Positions 53,471 to 64,000 of a DNA stretch of 64,000 bases are shown here, one piece after another. The first letter of the stretch is position 1, and each line of letters opens with the position of its first letter. The translations under genes and the position numbers were made by a program. Source of the stretch: Octopus sinensis (taxonomy: Eukaryota); NCBI RefSeq assembly GCF_006345805.1, contig NC_043002.1, forward strand, positions 63,488,001 through 63,552,000, in the 5' to 3' direction. Under the pieces are notes generated by a model. That model was not told where the DNA came from. It was given only the letters and a program-made list of their open reading frames with translations, and did no database searches.

Positions 53471-54796
53471 TAGACGGTGTCCACAAAGTCTGCGTACATG
53501 GGGATTAACAGATACTTTTAAAACAAAACAATTTTATTTAATTATAATGTTAATAAATAATATTTTCAAAGTGATTTCCATCATTTTCAATGCATAACTT
53601 GATGCGCCTTGCAAAATTCAGGTGAACTTGATTAAATAAGTCTACATTGCCATCAATTTAAGCACACTGACTGGTAATGCGTTCTCTCATGTGTTTTAAA
53701 TCTGTAATCTTTATTGAGTAAACTTTCTCTTTCAAAAAAAAAAGAAATCAAGGGGAGAAAGGTCTGGTGAACGAGGGGACCATTCCATATGACCCCTTCT
53801 TTCAATCTAGTGAGGAGGAAACGTGTCATTAAATCAATCTCTAACAGTTGTGGCAAAATGGGTAGGGGCCCCATCCTGCTGAAACCAATTCGGAAGGCCC
53901 TCGACTAGGCGCTCAATTTAAGATATTAATTTGTCTCTCAATATATTTGCATAAGTCTCATCCGTTACATGTTCAATGAAGAAGGGTCCTAGAACATGAG
54001 CTTTCCAAAAACCACACCACACTATCACCTTTTTGCTGTCTTGCTGTTTGGATAGATCCATCCAATGTGGATTACCTCGAGACCAGTATAGAAGATTCTG
54101 TCTGTTGACCTCACCATTTACATAAAACGTAGTTTTGTCACTGAACAACACAAAGTTTTTCGTAAAATTGATATTTTCATCCAATTTATCTGAAAACCAT
54201 TCGCACGTCTACACTCGTCTATCAGGATCGTCTTCATTTAAGTGATGCAATATCTGTAGGTTGTATCGATGAAACATTTCCTCAACCAGCATTTTGTGGA
54301 TGGTTGGTTTTGGAACACCTAACACCGTAGATGTCCGACGAAGTGATTTTGGGGGGCTAGCTAGCAGAATCTTTAGCCTCGACAGCCTCTTTAGTTTCAT
54401 TTGAAGTCTTTGGTCGCCCGGAACGGGGTTTATCCGAAACACTGCCTGTTTCTTTAAATTTCTTGATCAATTTCCAGACGGCAGTAAAATAAATATGTTG
54501 CCTACAAGGGGGTGGAAGATTAAATTCTTCCGCAATTTTGCGATAAGACTATCCATCTCGTCCACTTATTAATACTAACTCGATTCTTTCTTCTTTAGAC
54601 AGATTCATCATTCGATCTGGGATTCTTTCTTCTTTAGACAGAGCCATCATTCGATCATCTGTAGAAAAAATAACAAATAAATTTAGAAAAGTAAAGTATT
54701 TTTTAAATTTAATTTAAACAAAAGTAAAAAAGGAAAATTATTATTTCTTATGTTATGATTTTATTCCATAAACCCAGACTTCGTGGACACCCTAAA
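53471..54796 (-). mobile_element. Tc1/mariner DD41D (rosa/VS-type) element
   Basis: TIR TA|GACGGTGTCCACAAAGTCTGCGTACATGG versus reverse complement AGGGTGTCCACGAAGTCTGGGTTTATGG at ~54766-54793. Confidence 0.85.
53550..54650 (-). pseudogene. DD41D transposase pseudogene
   Basis: LSKEERIELV...RSGRPK...LFSD...VWCG...FQQDGAPTH-(41 residues between the Ds)-WSPRSPDLSPLDFF; two in-frame stops at Trp-like positions plus frameshifts. Confidence 0.88.
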
Positions 54797-54822
54797 ATTG
54801 CTTTGATTAAAACCCCTTCAAC

Positions 54823-55735
54823 ATGGAAGTATCCAAGGAGCATTTAAGGTACATATAATTTTTATGAGTACAATAAAGGTAACTCTGCTGCCGAAGTGAC
54901 TCGAAACATACACTCAGTTTATGGCAAAGTGCTCGAATGAAAGAACCTGCAGGAGATCGTCTGCAAAATTGAAGATGAATATGGAACAGGATGTCCAGTT
55001 GAGTTTGACAAGCTCCTTGAGGCATTACTTGAAGAAAATCCGTCATTATCAGTTGAAGAATTGGCAATAAAGCTTACTTCAAACCATACAACAGTTCATC
55101 GTCATCTTCAACAACGTGGAAATCCCGAGTTGGCATCTGCTCTTCTCTCCATTCTCGCAAACTCATTTCACCCTTTTTCGATAGACTTGTGATGAAAAAT
55201 GGATTTTCTATCGAAATGTTAGACGTCGTAAACAGTGGCTTGGTAAAAGGGAAAATTCTCAACCACAACCGAGAAGAGAACTTCATGGGAAAAAGGTTCT
55301 ACTCTCTATCTGGTGCGATTGCAAAGGCGTAATTCACTTTATATTGTTACCACCTAATGCAACAATCAATGCTCAAGTCTACTGTCAGCAATTAGAGCGT
55401 TTGAACCAAGCTTTGAAGGAAAAAAGAGCCGCTTTATTGACAATGCGCAACCCCACACTGCAAAGATCACATCACAGAAGATCGAAGGGGTCGGTTTGGA
55501 AAAATTTCTTCATCCAACTTATTCTCCCGACCTTACTCCTTCAGGATACAATTTGTTTCATAGTTTACAGAATTAGTAGGGGGATACAACTTTCGCAAGC
55601 CAGGGGGAGGTCGAAACTGACATTTCAGAGTTCTTCGCTTTCAAACCAAAAGAGTTTTACGTTGATGGGATTAAAAGGCTTGTAAATAGATGGAGGTAAG
55701 TCATAGATAATTAGGGAAAGTACATTGATGATTAA
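54823..55735 (+). pseudogene. Mariner transposase pseudogene
   Basis: MEVSKEHLR...GNSAAE...DEKWIFY-like region, KKVLLSIWCDCKGVIHF.LLPPNATINAQVYCQQLERL, NAQPHT, HPTYSPDLTPS.Y; internal deletions and frameshifts. Confidence 0.9.
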
Positions 55736-56559
55736 CTTTCAATTAAATATAACATTTGATCACCTGTATTCTTTATCCAAAATTCAGACAGAACTTATGG
55801 GATGACCTGAGATATATACACTGGCGAAAATATATTTAAGACAGACGATAAAAGTTCTATTTCTTACAAAATATTCTGTTACTAACACCATACAAATTAT
55901 CTTTATCTTTTACACCTTATGCAAAATTTATTTCGCTTTCGAATGATGCCGACAATAACCATTTTTATACAACTTGAAGAATTCTAATGCTAAATATAAT
56001 TTTAATGGAGATAACCTGCAGTATATAGTACAACATTTTTGTCTCCCAGTGAACATATATTTCCTATTTCAAAGAAATTCAAACAATAGATATAAGACCC
56101 AAGTTAAAAAGATTTTCAACAATTCAAGTTCTCTGGTTGACATTAAGATGCCCACCCCCAACAGGGGCCTTAACTCTCACATTTTAGAGCCACATGACCT
56201 TCATTTTTCAGGAACAAAATCTTTTTAACAAGTTAAATAAGACTGGAATTTTGGAATATGCGCATAAAAATCAGGATTATGGGATACATGTGGCACGATT
56301 ACAATTTTTTAGGGTGTGTAAAGATTGAAATAACCCTCATCTGCAATTTTGATGAAATTCGAAACATAAATATTCCAGTTCATCGCAGAAGATATAACAG
56401 AAAAGTCTAATTCTCCAATTGAATGTAATCGGGCAACGCCGGGTATCTTTGCTAGTTATATATAAATATAAAAAAGTAAAAGTTATGCAATAAATATAAA
56501 TATGTATTTAAAAGTAAAAATGTACATATATATATATATTCTTTCTTTTCTTTCTTTTA

Positions 56560-56832
56560 TTCTTTTACTTGTTTCGACCCGAACACTTCTTTAAAGTAAT
56601 TCTATATATTTCGCAAGAAAGAACAATAATATTATGTATATACATGCCACCATCGGGGAGACAAACACAAACACACACACAGTTTCCGTCTACCAAATTC
56701 ACTCACAAGGCTTTGGTTGGCCTGAGGCTCTAGTAGAGGACCAAGGCGTCACGCAATGGGGCTGAACCCAGAACCATGTGGTTGGTAAGCAGGCTACTTA
56801 CCACACAGCCACTCATGCATATGTATGTGTGT

Positions 56833-56877
<45 letters not shown>

Positions 56878-57115
56878 TTTGTGTGTGATTGTGTGTAGTT
56901 TGACAAGTGTCAATGAACGAAACTCTCGCCCCTCGAGTCACTCTGTTGCTTCTGCTAAATATTGATAAACACATATATATGACGAGCTTTTTCAGATTCC
57001 GTCAACCAAATCTACTCACAAGGGATTAGTCGACCCAGGGCTATAGTAGAAACACCCGCTCAAAGTGCCACGCAGCTGGACTGAACCCGAAACGGCTTAC
57101 AACACAGTCACGCCT
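56560..57115 (-). mobile_element. Two partial SINE S2 copies (56560-56815 and 56985-57115)
   Basis: TTTCCGTCTACCAAATTCACTCACAAGGCTTTGG...CTGAACCC motif twice. Confidence 0.75.
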
Positions 57116-57146
57116 GCTTCTATTCACATATATACATGATATATAT

Positions 57147-57375
57147 TTCTTTTGCTACCCACAAGGGGCTAAACATAGAGGGGACAAACAAGGACAGACA
57201 AACGGATTAAGTCGATTACATCGACTCAGTGCGAAACTGGTACTTTATTTATCGACCCCGAGAGGATGAAAGGCAAAGTCGACCTCGGCGGAATTTGAAC
57301 TCAGAACGTAGCGGCAGACGAAATACTGCTAAGCATTTCGCCCGGCGTGCTAACACTTCTGCCAGCTCGCCGCCT
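57147..57375 (-). mobile_element. SINE S1 full-length monomer
   Basis: Head AGGCGGCGAGCTGGCAGAAG; tail ...GGGTAGCAAAGAAATA. Confidence 0.92.
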
Positions 57376-57934
57376 CTTGCATATAAATCTATGTGCGTAT
57401 ATAGACACAGTTATACATACACATACCTAGTCAGGGATGGCTACACACACTAACACACACGTACACATACACATGCAAGTAGTCACACGAGTGTACACAC
57501 AACCACACACATACGCACACACACACACACACATACACACTAGCACGCACGCACATAATCTCCTTTCCTCTCACCCTTATTCTTTTAAGCAAACACACAT
57601 CTACACACACATAGAAAGACATGCATGCACGCAGACATAAGATTAATTCGCGGCCAAATTCAGGGCAGACGTTGAAGAGAAAGGACAAGCTATTGAAAAG
57701 GTCGCGAAAAATAGCGACGAACGGACTTTCACGAAGAAATAAAACTTTGATTGTTTAACCAGCACGTTAAACAAACGATCGATTACGAAGTTGGTCAGAT
57801 GTGTAACAATATCGTTATTGGCATAATGACCCTCCCAAGAAGTAACAAGATGTGTGTGTGTATACGTGTGTGAGTGTGTGTGCGTATGTGTATATATGTA
57901 TATATGTGTGTGTATATGTATGTGTGTGTGTGTG

Positions 57935-58052
57935 TGGCAAAAACAGACCGATAGAATAAGGACTAGGCTTACAAAGAATAATCCCTAGAGTCGATTTGCT
58001 CGACTAAAGGCAGTGCTCCAGCATGGCCAAAGTCAAATGACTGTAACAAATA
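57935..58052 (+). mobile_element. SINE S2 3' fragment
   Basis: GACCGATAGAATAAG...GGCAGTGCTCCAGCATGGCC...ATAAAAGA. Confidence 0.85.
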
Positions 58053-58067
58053 AAAGAATAAAAGAGT

Positions 58068-58103
<36 letters not shown>

Positions 58104-58104
58104 G

Positions 58105-58403
58105 CTAGCAGTGTCGCCCGGCGTTGCTCGGGTTTGTAAGGGAAATAACTATATAAGCATTTTTAGAGAGTTACTTCCCTTATATAAACCGAGCGAAAAT
58201 GCATTAAAAATGCGGAAAAAATGATGGTAATTTTTTTCTAAATCGTAAACTCATCGTAGACGTGCGCTAATACCCAGATGGGCTCGATATGAATCACGAC
58301 TATAAGATACCCGCTTTTGGTTACACTGCACCGCAAAATGAGGGAGTAGTTAGGAACTAAATCGGAGGAGACAGACACACAACTTCACTTTTATATATAA
58401 AGA
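58105..58403 (-). mobile_element. Non-autonomous Helitron
   Basis: Minus strand A|TCTTTATATATAAAAG 5' end; CCCGAGCAACGCCGGG...CTAG 3' end. Confidence 0.8.
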
Positions 58404-58445
58404 TATATATATATATACACACATACACATATATATACAGTATAT

Positions 58446-58507
<62 letters not shown>

Positions 58508-58931
58508 GAGGGAATATTATTCATAACTTACAGGGAAATATTCAATTTAGAAATACTAAATCAAATTTCACAAAATATAATATATATATAAAATTAGAAA
58601 AAAACACCTTTTATCAATTCAAAATGAACAATTAAATTACACCATCTAGAAAATTACATATAATAGAAATATTAAATATAAAATAACAATAATATACCGA
58701 TGATTAAGTAATGTGCAAAATAATAAATAAATCGTATATATCATGAATTGATAAAAGGTGTTTTTTTCTAATATATATATATATTTATTTATTATATATT
58801 ATATTTATTATATTTATTACACACATATATTTACATATTTATTACACACATATATTTATATATTTATTACACACATGTGAGTGAGAACACTTTGAGATAT
58901 TTTTGGTATCTAACATATGTCAGATAATGCG

Positions 58932-59036
58932 AGCGCTGCTTCTGATTGGTCAATCCATGGTGATGACCCGAGGTCACGGTGACAGCGCTGCTTCTGATTG
59001 GTCAATCCATGGTGATGACCCGACGCCACGGTGACG
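58932..59036. repeat. 52-bp tandem duplication
   Basis: AGCGCTGCTTCTGATTGGTCAATCCATGGTGATGACCCGA at 58932 and 58984. Confidence 0.9.
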
Positions 59037-59159
59037 GCACTACTTTTGTCATTCATAAGTTAACCGATAGAATATGTCGAATGACTGAGACAAGTAAACG
59101 TGAAGAATTTAGTTATTGGGTTAATAAGCTATGGTCGTTTATTCGTGTGTAATAAATAA

Positions 59160-59257
59160 AATACCAAACTCATTCCCTATGGATACTGTATTTATTACAA
59201 CTCGTTTACAAGCCACTCGTAATAAATACGGTATCCATAGGGAACTCGTTTGGTATT
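59160..59257 (+). ncRNA. Pre-miRNA-like hairpin candidate (39-bp arms, 20-nt loop)
   Basis: AATACCAAACTCATTCCCTATGGATACTGTATTTATTAC / GTAATAAATACGGTATCCATAGGGAACTCGTTTGGTATT; a 3-nt internal mismatch and one U-G pair. The hairpin is seen directly; RNA function is unproven. Confidence 0.3.
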
Positions 59258-59499
59258 CTCTATATATATTCAGTCAAACTAATGCACCTGCTTGTTATTC
59301 CTGCACCTGTCTTCGTCTTTTGTTGTTTTCTGTAAATATATCCTTTTATATATGTGTGCTGCAAGATTCTTGATGTGAAACCGTGCGTTGAAACAGATAT
59401 TGTTGTATTTTTTCCCCTCTTTTTGCCAAATAAACAGGCGCACTATATAATTCCCTTTTCACTCATTTATTACTGTTCTTATTCTAATTTATGTTTATC

Positions 59500-59544
59500 G
59501 TCCGAAATCTTTCGTCACACACCTCTGTGAACTCTTCAGCGACA
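59500..59544 (-). ncRNA. Hammerhead candidate (H4-related repeat ~59350-59560)
   Basis: GTCG-CTGAAGA-GTTCAC(AGAGGTGT)GTGAC-GAAA-GAT-TT-CGGAC; perfect core, imperfect stems. Confidence 0.45.
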
Positions 59545-60514
59545 CTTTCTGTCTTCGTGTGTACTCTTGCTCCGCTTTTATACATATAACACATACGCGA
59601 GTAAATATACGGGTAAACCCTTGTGGTATGCTATATAAAGCTCGTATAAAGTCTTACTCAAAGAAGGTGCATTTCACACTTGAATTGGTGATAATGATTA
59701 CACAACATCTCACCAATGAACAAGTGTAAAAATGTGTCGAAACAATTGTAATGTTTATAGATAATATCATATATATATATATATATTAGATATATATATA
59801 TATATATATGTATGATGTATGTGTATGTATGTTATGTATGTATGTATGTATGTATGTATGTATGTATGTATGTAGTATGTGTGTATGTATACTTACATAT
59901 ATATGTATATACATATGCATATATGGGTACAGGACGTCACAGAAGGTAAACAATAGGAAATACGAAATACGAAAATATGGAATACGAACTTTTTTGCGAA
60001 CAGCGAAAGAAACAATATTATCGATAATGCCCGAAATTGCGTTTGACTCCTCTTGCTGATAACTGATGAAGAATCTGTGACCTTGTGTGTTTTCTGTTCG
60101 CCTGTGCATTAGTATGTGTTCGTTTGTTTATTTACAATACGTTTATTTTTAATTATATATATATAGATATGTCATATTCTCCGTTTGTTGTCTTTTTATT
60201 TAATCCTGGAGATATTATTTATGTAACGCACGTACTCATTAATCTTTTACCTATATATATATATGTGTGTGTGTGTGTATGTGTGCGTGTGTGTGTGTGT
60301 GTGAGTGTGTGTGTGCGCACGTGTGTGTATGTGTGTGTGTAGTTCAAATTTACAGAAAACAAACGTCGAAGACAGGTGAAAGAACAACAAGCAGAGTTTG
60401 AAGGTTTTTTAGTTATAGAAATCGACCCCAGGACTTACTCTTTGGAACCCTAGCACTTATTCTATCGGTTTCTTTTTCCAAAACGCTAAGCTACGGGGAC
60501 GTGTATATATATAC

Positions 60515-60598
<84 letters not shown>

Positions 60599-61066
60599 AT
60601 ATATAGGCGTAGGAGTGGCTGTGTGACAAGAAGTTTGCTGCCTGGTCAGTAGGTCAAATAGATTTGGATGATGGAAACTGAAAAAACCCGTCGTACATAC
60701 GTGTTTTTTGGGCCGGAGGGGGCTAGCTTCGTGCTTGTCCCAGACAACCACTTGTTGACTTCCTTTCCATCCCCGCAACTTAGAAGTTCGACGAAATTAA
60801 CCGATAGAATATGTCGAATGACTGAGACAAGTAAATGTTTTTTTAGATATATCGTAGTAATATCTAATGTAGTTGTGGTTTACGACCAGTCAGGACGTTA
60901 CCATTGGTTTCACACTCTTAGCAATATAGACGTCTCCCACTGCTAAGAACGTAAAAGGCGCGAAAGCAATGGTGACTCCCTGACAGGCCATACCAGCCAC
61001 ATAGTTTCGGGTTCATTCACACTGCGTGGCACCTTAGAACCTAGGGTTGGATTCAAAATTCTACCA

Positions 61067-61113
61067 GGACACCTGATGAAGGCTGGAGAGTAAATCAGCC
61101 GAAATTTTGTGGT
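61067..61113 (+). ncRNA. H2 hammerhead motif with mutated stem III (repeat ~61035-61165)
   Basis: GGACAC-CTGATGA-A-GGCTG(GAGAGTAAAT)CAGCC-GAAA-TT-TT-GTGGT. Confidence 0.62.
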
Positions 61114-61704
61114 AGCAACAAGCAAGATGAGGACAAATATCCGTCCAATGTAAAAAATGTAAATATTGTACAGAATTCCTCATCTCTAAAATATAGAACA
61201 ATTTATGATTGTTTCAAAAATTCCATGTTGACTTAATCTTGCATCGTGTTTTTAAACGACTCCACAATTAATGATGTAGTCATATGCGTTGTACAGATAC
61301 CCCGTTCATAGAAATGATCCCTCGCAACTCTCTACAAAAAATAATATGCTGAAGTGTTTGTCTACCGCTTAAATATAGGACATTAATCAATGTTTATAGT
61401 GGACGGCACAGCGGCCACGTTTATAAACATGATTGAAGATAAGTCAACATGAATTTGTAGAAATAATTGTAAACTATGAAACAAAAATAATAACGCAAAC
61501 TCCACTTTTCAGTGCTTATTACTTCTGTAACCTCTCAGAGGAAACATGACTCCTCCTTCACTCCTCTCCACCCTTCATTTATGGTTTGAGAATAATTCTA
61601 TAATTGTTGTAAACTGGAATGGAACTTACTCTCATTCTGCTCACATCCATTCACCATTTAATGCTACTTGCTTTGCATCTTTTAGAGAGATAGATTAGAT
61701 ATAA

Positions 61705-62103
61705 CTAGCAGTATCGCCCGGCGTTGCTCGGGTTTGTAAGGGAAACAACTATATAAGCATTTTTAGAAAGTTATAGCCAAAAAATAGCAAAAACAATGCA
61801 TTAAAAATGGAAAAAAATGATGGTAATTTTTTTTTAAATCGTTGACTCATCGTAGACATTTTTAGAGAGTTACTTCCCTTATATAATATCGAAAAAATGC
61901 ATTAAAATGGAAAAAAATGATGGTAATTTTTTTTTTAAATCGTAGACTCATCGTAGACGCGCGCTAATAACCAGAAGGGCTCGATATGAATCACGACTAT
62001 AAGATACCCGGTTTTGGTTAAACTGCACCGCAAAATGTGGGAGTAGTTAGGAATCTAAATCGTAGGAGACAGACACACAACCTCTCTTTTATATAAAATT
62101 AGA
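61705..62103 (-). mobile_element. Non-autonomous Helitron with an internal duplication
   Basis: Same termini as the 58105-58403 copy (A|TC...hairpin...CTAG|T); the GCATTAAAATGGAAAAAAATGATGGTAA block occurs twice. Confidence 0.82.
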
Positions 62104-62139
62104 TAAACTCAAAGAGCAACTAGAAAGTGAAAGTAGTAT

Positions 62140-62590
62140 CTAACTTAGGATGTCTCATAGATAGTGGTGTCAATGGTGTTGGAGGTGGTAGATGTGGTTA
62201 TCATGGCAGTGGTGGTGTAGTGGTGACAGTGGATGTGTATGATGGCAGCAATTATAGTGTTGGTGTTTTTGTAGAGGTGGTGGTGGTGGTGGCGGCGGCA
62301 GTGGATGATAATGATAATGATGATGATAGTAGTAGTAGCATTGATTATGTTAGGATGTCTCATGGATGGTAGAGTTGAAGACATTGCAGAGTGTAGTGGT
62401 GGTGAAATTGGTGATTTTGAATATGATGCTGGTATTGATCTTGGGGTTGTGGTTGCAGAAGATGGTTGTGGTGATGGCATTGGAGGTTGTAGTAATGGTT
62501 GTAGTGGTGGTTGTGAAGATGATTCTGATATTGATAGTCTTTGCATTGAGGTGGTGGCAGAGTCAGAGTAAATAATAAGAGCCCAGTTAA
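62140..62590 (-). repeat. Cryptically simple ACC/ATC-rich block; part duplicated at 48613-48804 (+)
   Basis: CCATCCATGAGACATCCTAACATAATCAATGCTACTAC...ACCACATCTACCAC near-identical in both locations. Confidence 0.85.
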
Positions 62591-63004
62591 CACAAGATTC
62601 TTAAATTTCGGAGATCATAAGATAGAGAGCAAGAAGGTAAAAGTTCCAATACTGGCCCAATACCTACACCCCAGATTCTTCAACTATTTTATAAGAAAGG
62701 GGTTAATGGCAGGATAGGGATTCAGCTTTAAAATAAATTGTATAACAAAAAATACATAAATAAATTACTGCTCCAACGATGTAATTTTAGTATGTGTGTG
62801 TGTGTGTGTGTGTGTGTAAGCAATGCAAACAATGGAAAATAATTTAAACACTCATTTTCTGATGTCTAAGGATGGATATTTATGCGTATGAATCTTTTTC
62901 TTTTTATTTTCTTTCAAATATAATTCTAGGGAACTGAAAAATCTGTGTACGATGCCAACCGAATTTACGATGAACGGATGTTTACGTTACAAACGAATCT
63001 GTAG

Positions 63005-63274
63005 GTATGTTTACATGTTTACGTTAACTACGTCACAAAATAGCTGTTTACGTCACAGTAACAATATTTTAAGAGGCAGTAAATAATATGAGGTCGAAAG
63101 AAAGAATACCATTGGTTAAAATTCGAATTATTAAACAACGTTAAACTTAGAAATTACAATTCCGTTTTCATTTTGGTTTACAATTATGTTTTCTTTTGAC
63201 ACATTTTACCAGTATACGAAGTTTCAAATTATTTAGTTAACTAGGAAAATATGGCCTTCAAACTGAAAAGATCC
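63005..63274 (-). mobile_element. Arm of the same MITE family as 47996-48290
   Basis: Near-identical reverse complement of 47996-48290. Confidence 0.82.
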
Positions 63275-63612
63275 GAAGATTGCGTCAGTGGATTTTTGTC
63301 GAGAGCAACCATATATTTTGGTTTACCATGTGAAATTTTATGGAGACATTTATTTTGATTCATTATCAGATCATCAACAAGTTCTGAAACCTAAAAGCAC
63401 TAACAGTCTAATTGATGTAGTTAGCGTATATTTTGTCTAATTACTAACGAATTTACAGTTTGTTATGTATTTGTTAAATTTTCTGTTTGCTGAGATTTTA
63501 TTAAGTCTTTGAAACACATGAGCACGCTTTCATAAATACTATTCACCAAATTGACTCAAAAATTTTGGTCAGCACAAGATTATAAAAACAGACACTTACC
63601 CAAAGTGCTAGG

Positions 63613-63652
<40 letters not shown>

Positions 63653-63675
63653 CTCACACACACATATATATATAT

Positions 63676-63935
63676 AATACAGTGTACATTTAAACACATA
63701 AGGAATACACTCGTGGAATTCAACACGCTAGAAAGAACAGCTAGATTCTATAATCACAAAATTAGGGATAAAATTAGACAGGAACAAAATGAAAAAAAAA
63801 CCCTTTTATTTTTTTATTTTATTTTTTTTTCATTTCATTCCTCGAATTTTATCCCTAATTTTGTGGTTATAGAACCTTTCTACCATCTTGAATCCCACGA
63901 GTGGATTTCTTATGTGTTTAAATGTTCAGTGTATT
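63676..63935. mobile_element. Foldback/MITE with ~100-bp arms
   Basis: AATACAGTGTACATTTAAACACATAAG...CACAAAATTAGGGATAAAATT versus reverse complement at 63839-63935; A-rich/T-rich spacer also pairs. Confidence 0.75.
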
Positions 63936-64000
63936 TTATGAGTAATGCAGAGTCTTTGGACTAAATTTTTACACGTTAGGCCACTGGAAGTGAAAATTTC

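Larger units (their letters stand above)
53320..55810 (+). mobile_element. Mariner element split by a nested DD41D element
   Basis: Left TIR TA|TCAAGTCATTCAGTCAGTTCTGTC versus right TIR reverse complement TCAGGTCATCCCATAAGTTCTGTC; reconstructed 5' UTR ~180 bp. Confidence 0.78.
52290..56455 (+). mobile_element. Probable non-autonomous Helitron enclosing nested transposons
   Basis: 5' part GTCTGTCTG...CAACCAATTTCATTCAAATTTTACAC resembles the 5' region of the 31-kb Helitron; 3' end CGGGCAACGCCGGG...CTAG|T at 56430-56456 in the same orientation. Linking the two ends is inferred. Confidence 0.5.

Noticed and set aside
60055-60075. CTGATGA motif (also at ~34605)
   Set aside because: No stem II-GAAA-UH-stem I arrangement follows.
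62145-62593. Overlapping Pro/Ser/Thr/His-rich ORFs resembling a mucin or secreted protein
   Set aside because: The sequence is open in several frames on both strands because of ACC/ATC simplicity, it is duplicated at 48613, and it has no splice or codon evidence.

Overview
Eukaryotic, AT-rich, repeat-saturated window (intergenic or intronic) with one 100-N scaffold gap (43042-43141). The SINE sequences match my recollection of octopus (coleoid cephalopod) repeats; this is an inference, not a database result. No host protein-coding gene can be supported, and most ORF-track entries are translated microsatellites. Recognisable coding remnants are all transposon pseudogenes: a CR1-type RT, three R4/Dong-type pieces, an RTE 3' end, a possible L1/Tx1 RT, a mariner transposase and a DD41D Tc1/mariner transposase. 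At least four tRNA-derived SINE families, several non-autonomous Helitrons and MITEs are present. Most interesting: (1) eight minimal type-I hammerhead-ribozyme-like motifs in several short Penelope-like repeat families, often in inverted or foldback arrangement; (2) head-less SINE concatemers with the same junction at two loci; (3) a SINE 3' hairpin covarying with the 3' end of the CR1 LINE in the same window; (4) a probable Helitron>mariner>DD41D nest carrying a GC-rich, self-complementary 70-bp repeat; (5) several ~100-nt near-perfect hairpins, one pre-miRNA-like. Repeat boundaries were read by eye and are approximate unless motifs are quoted.
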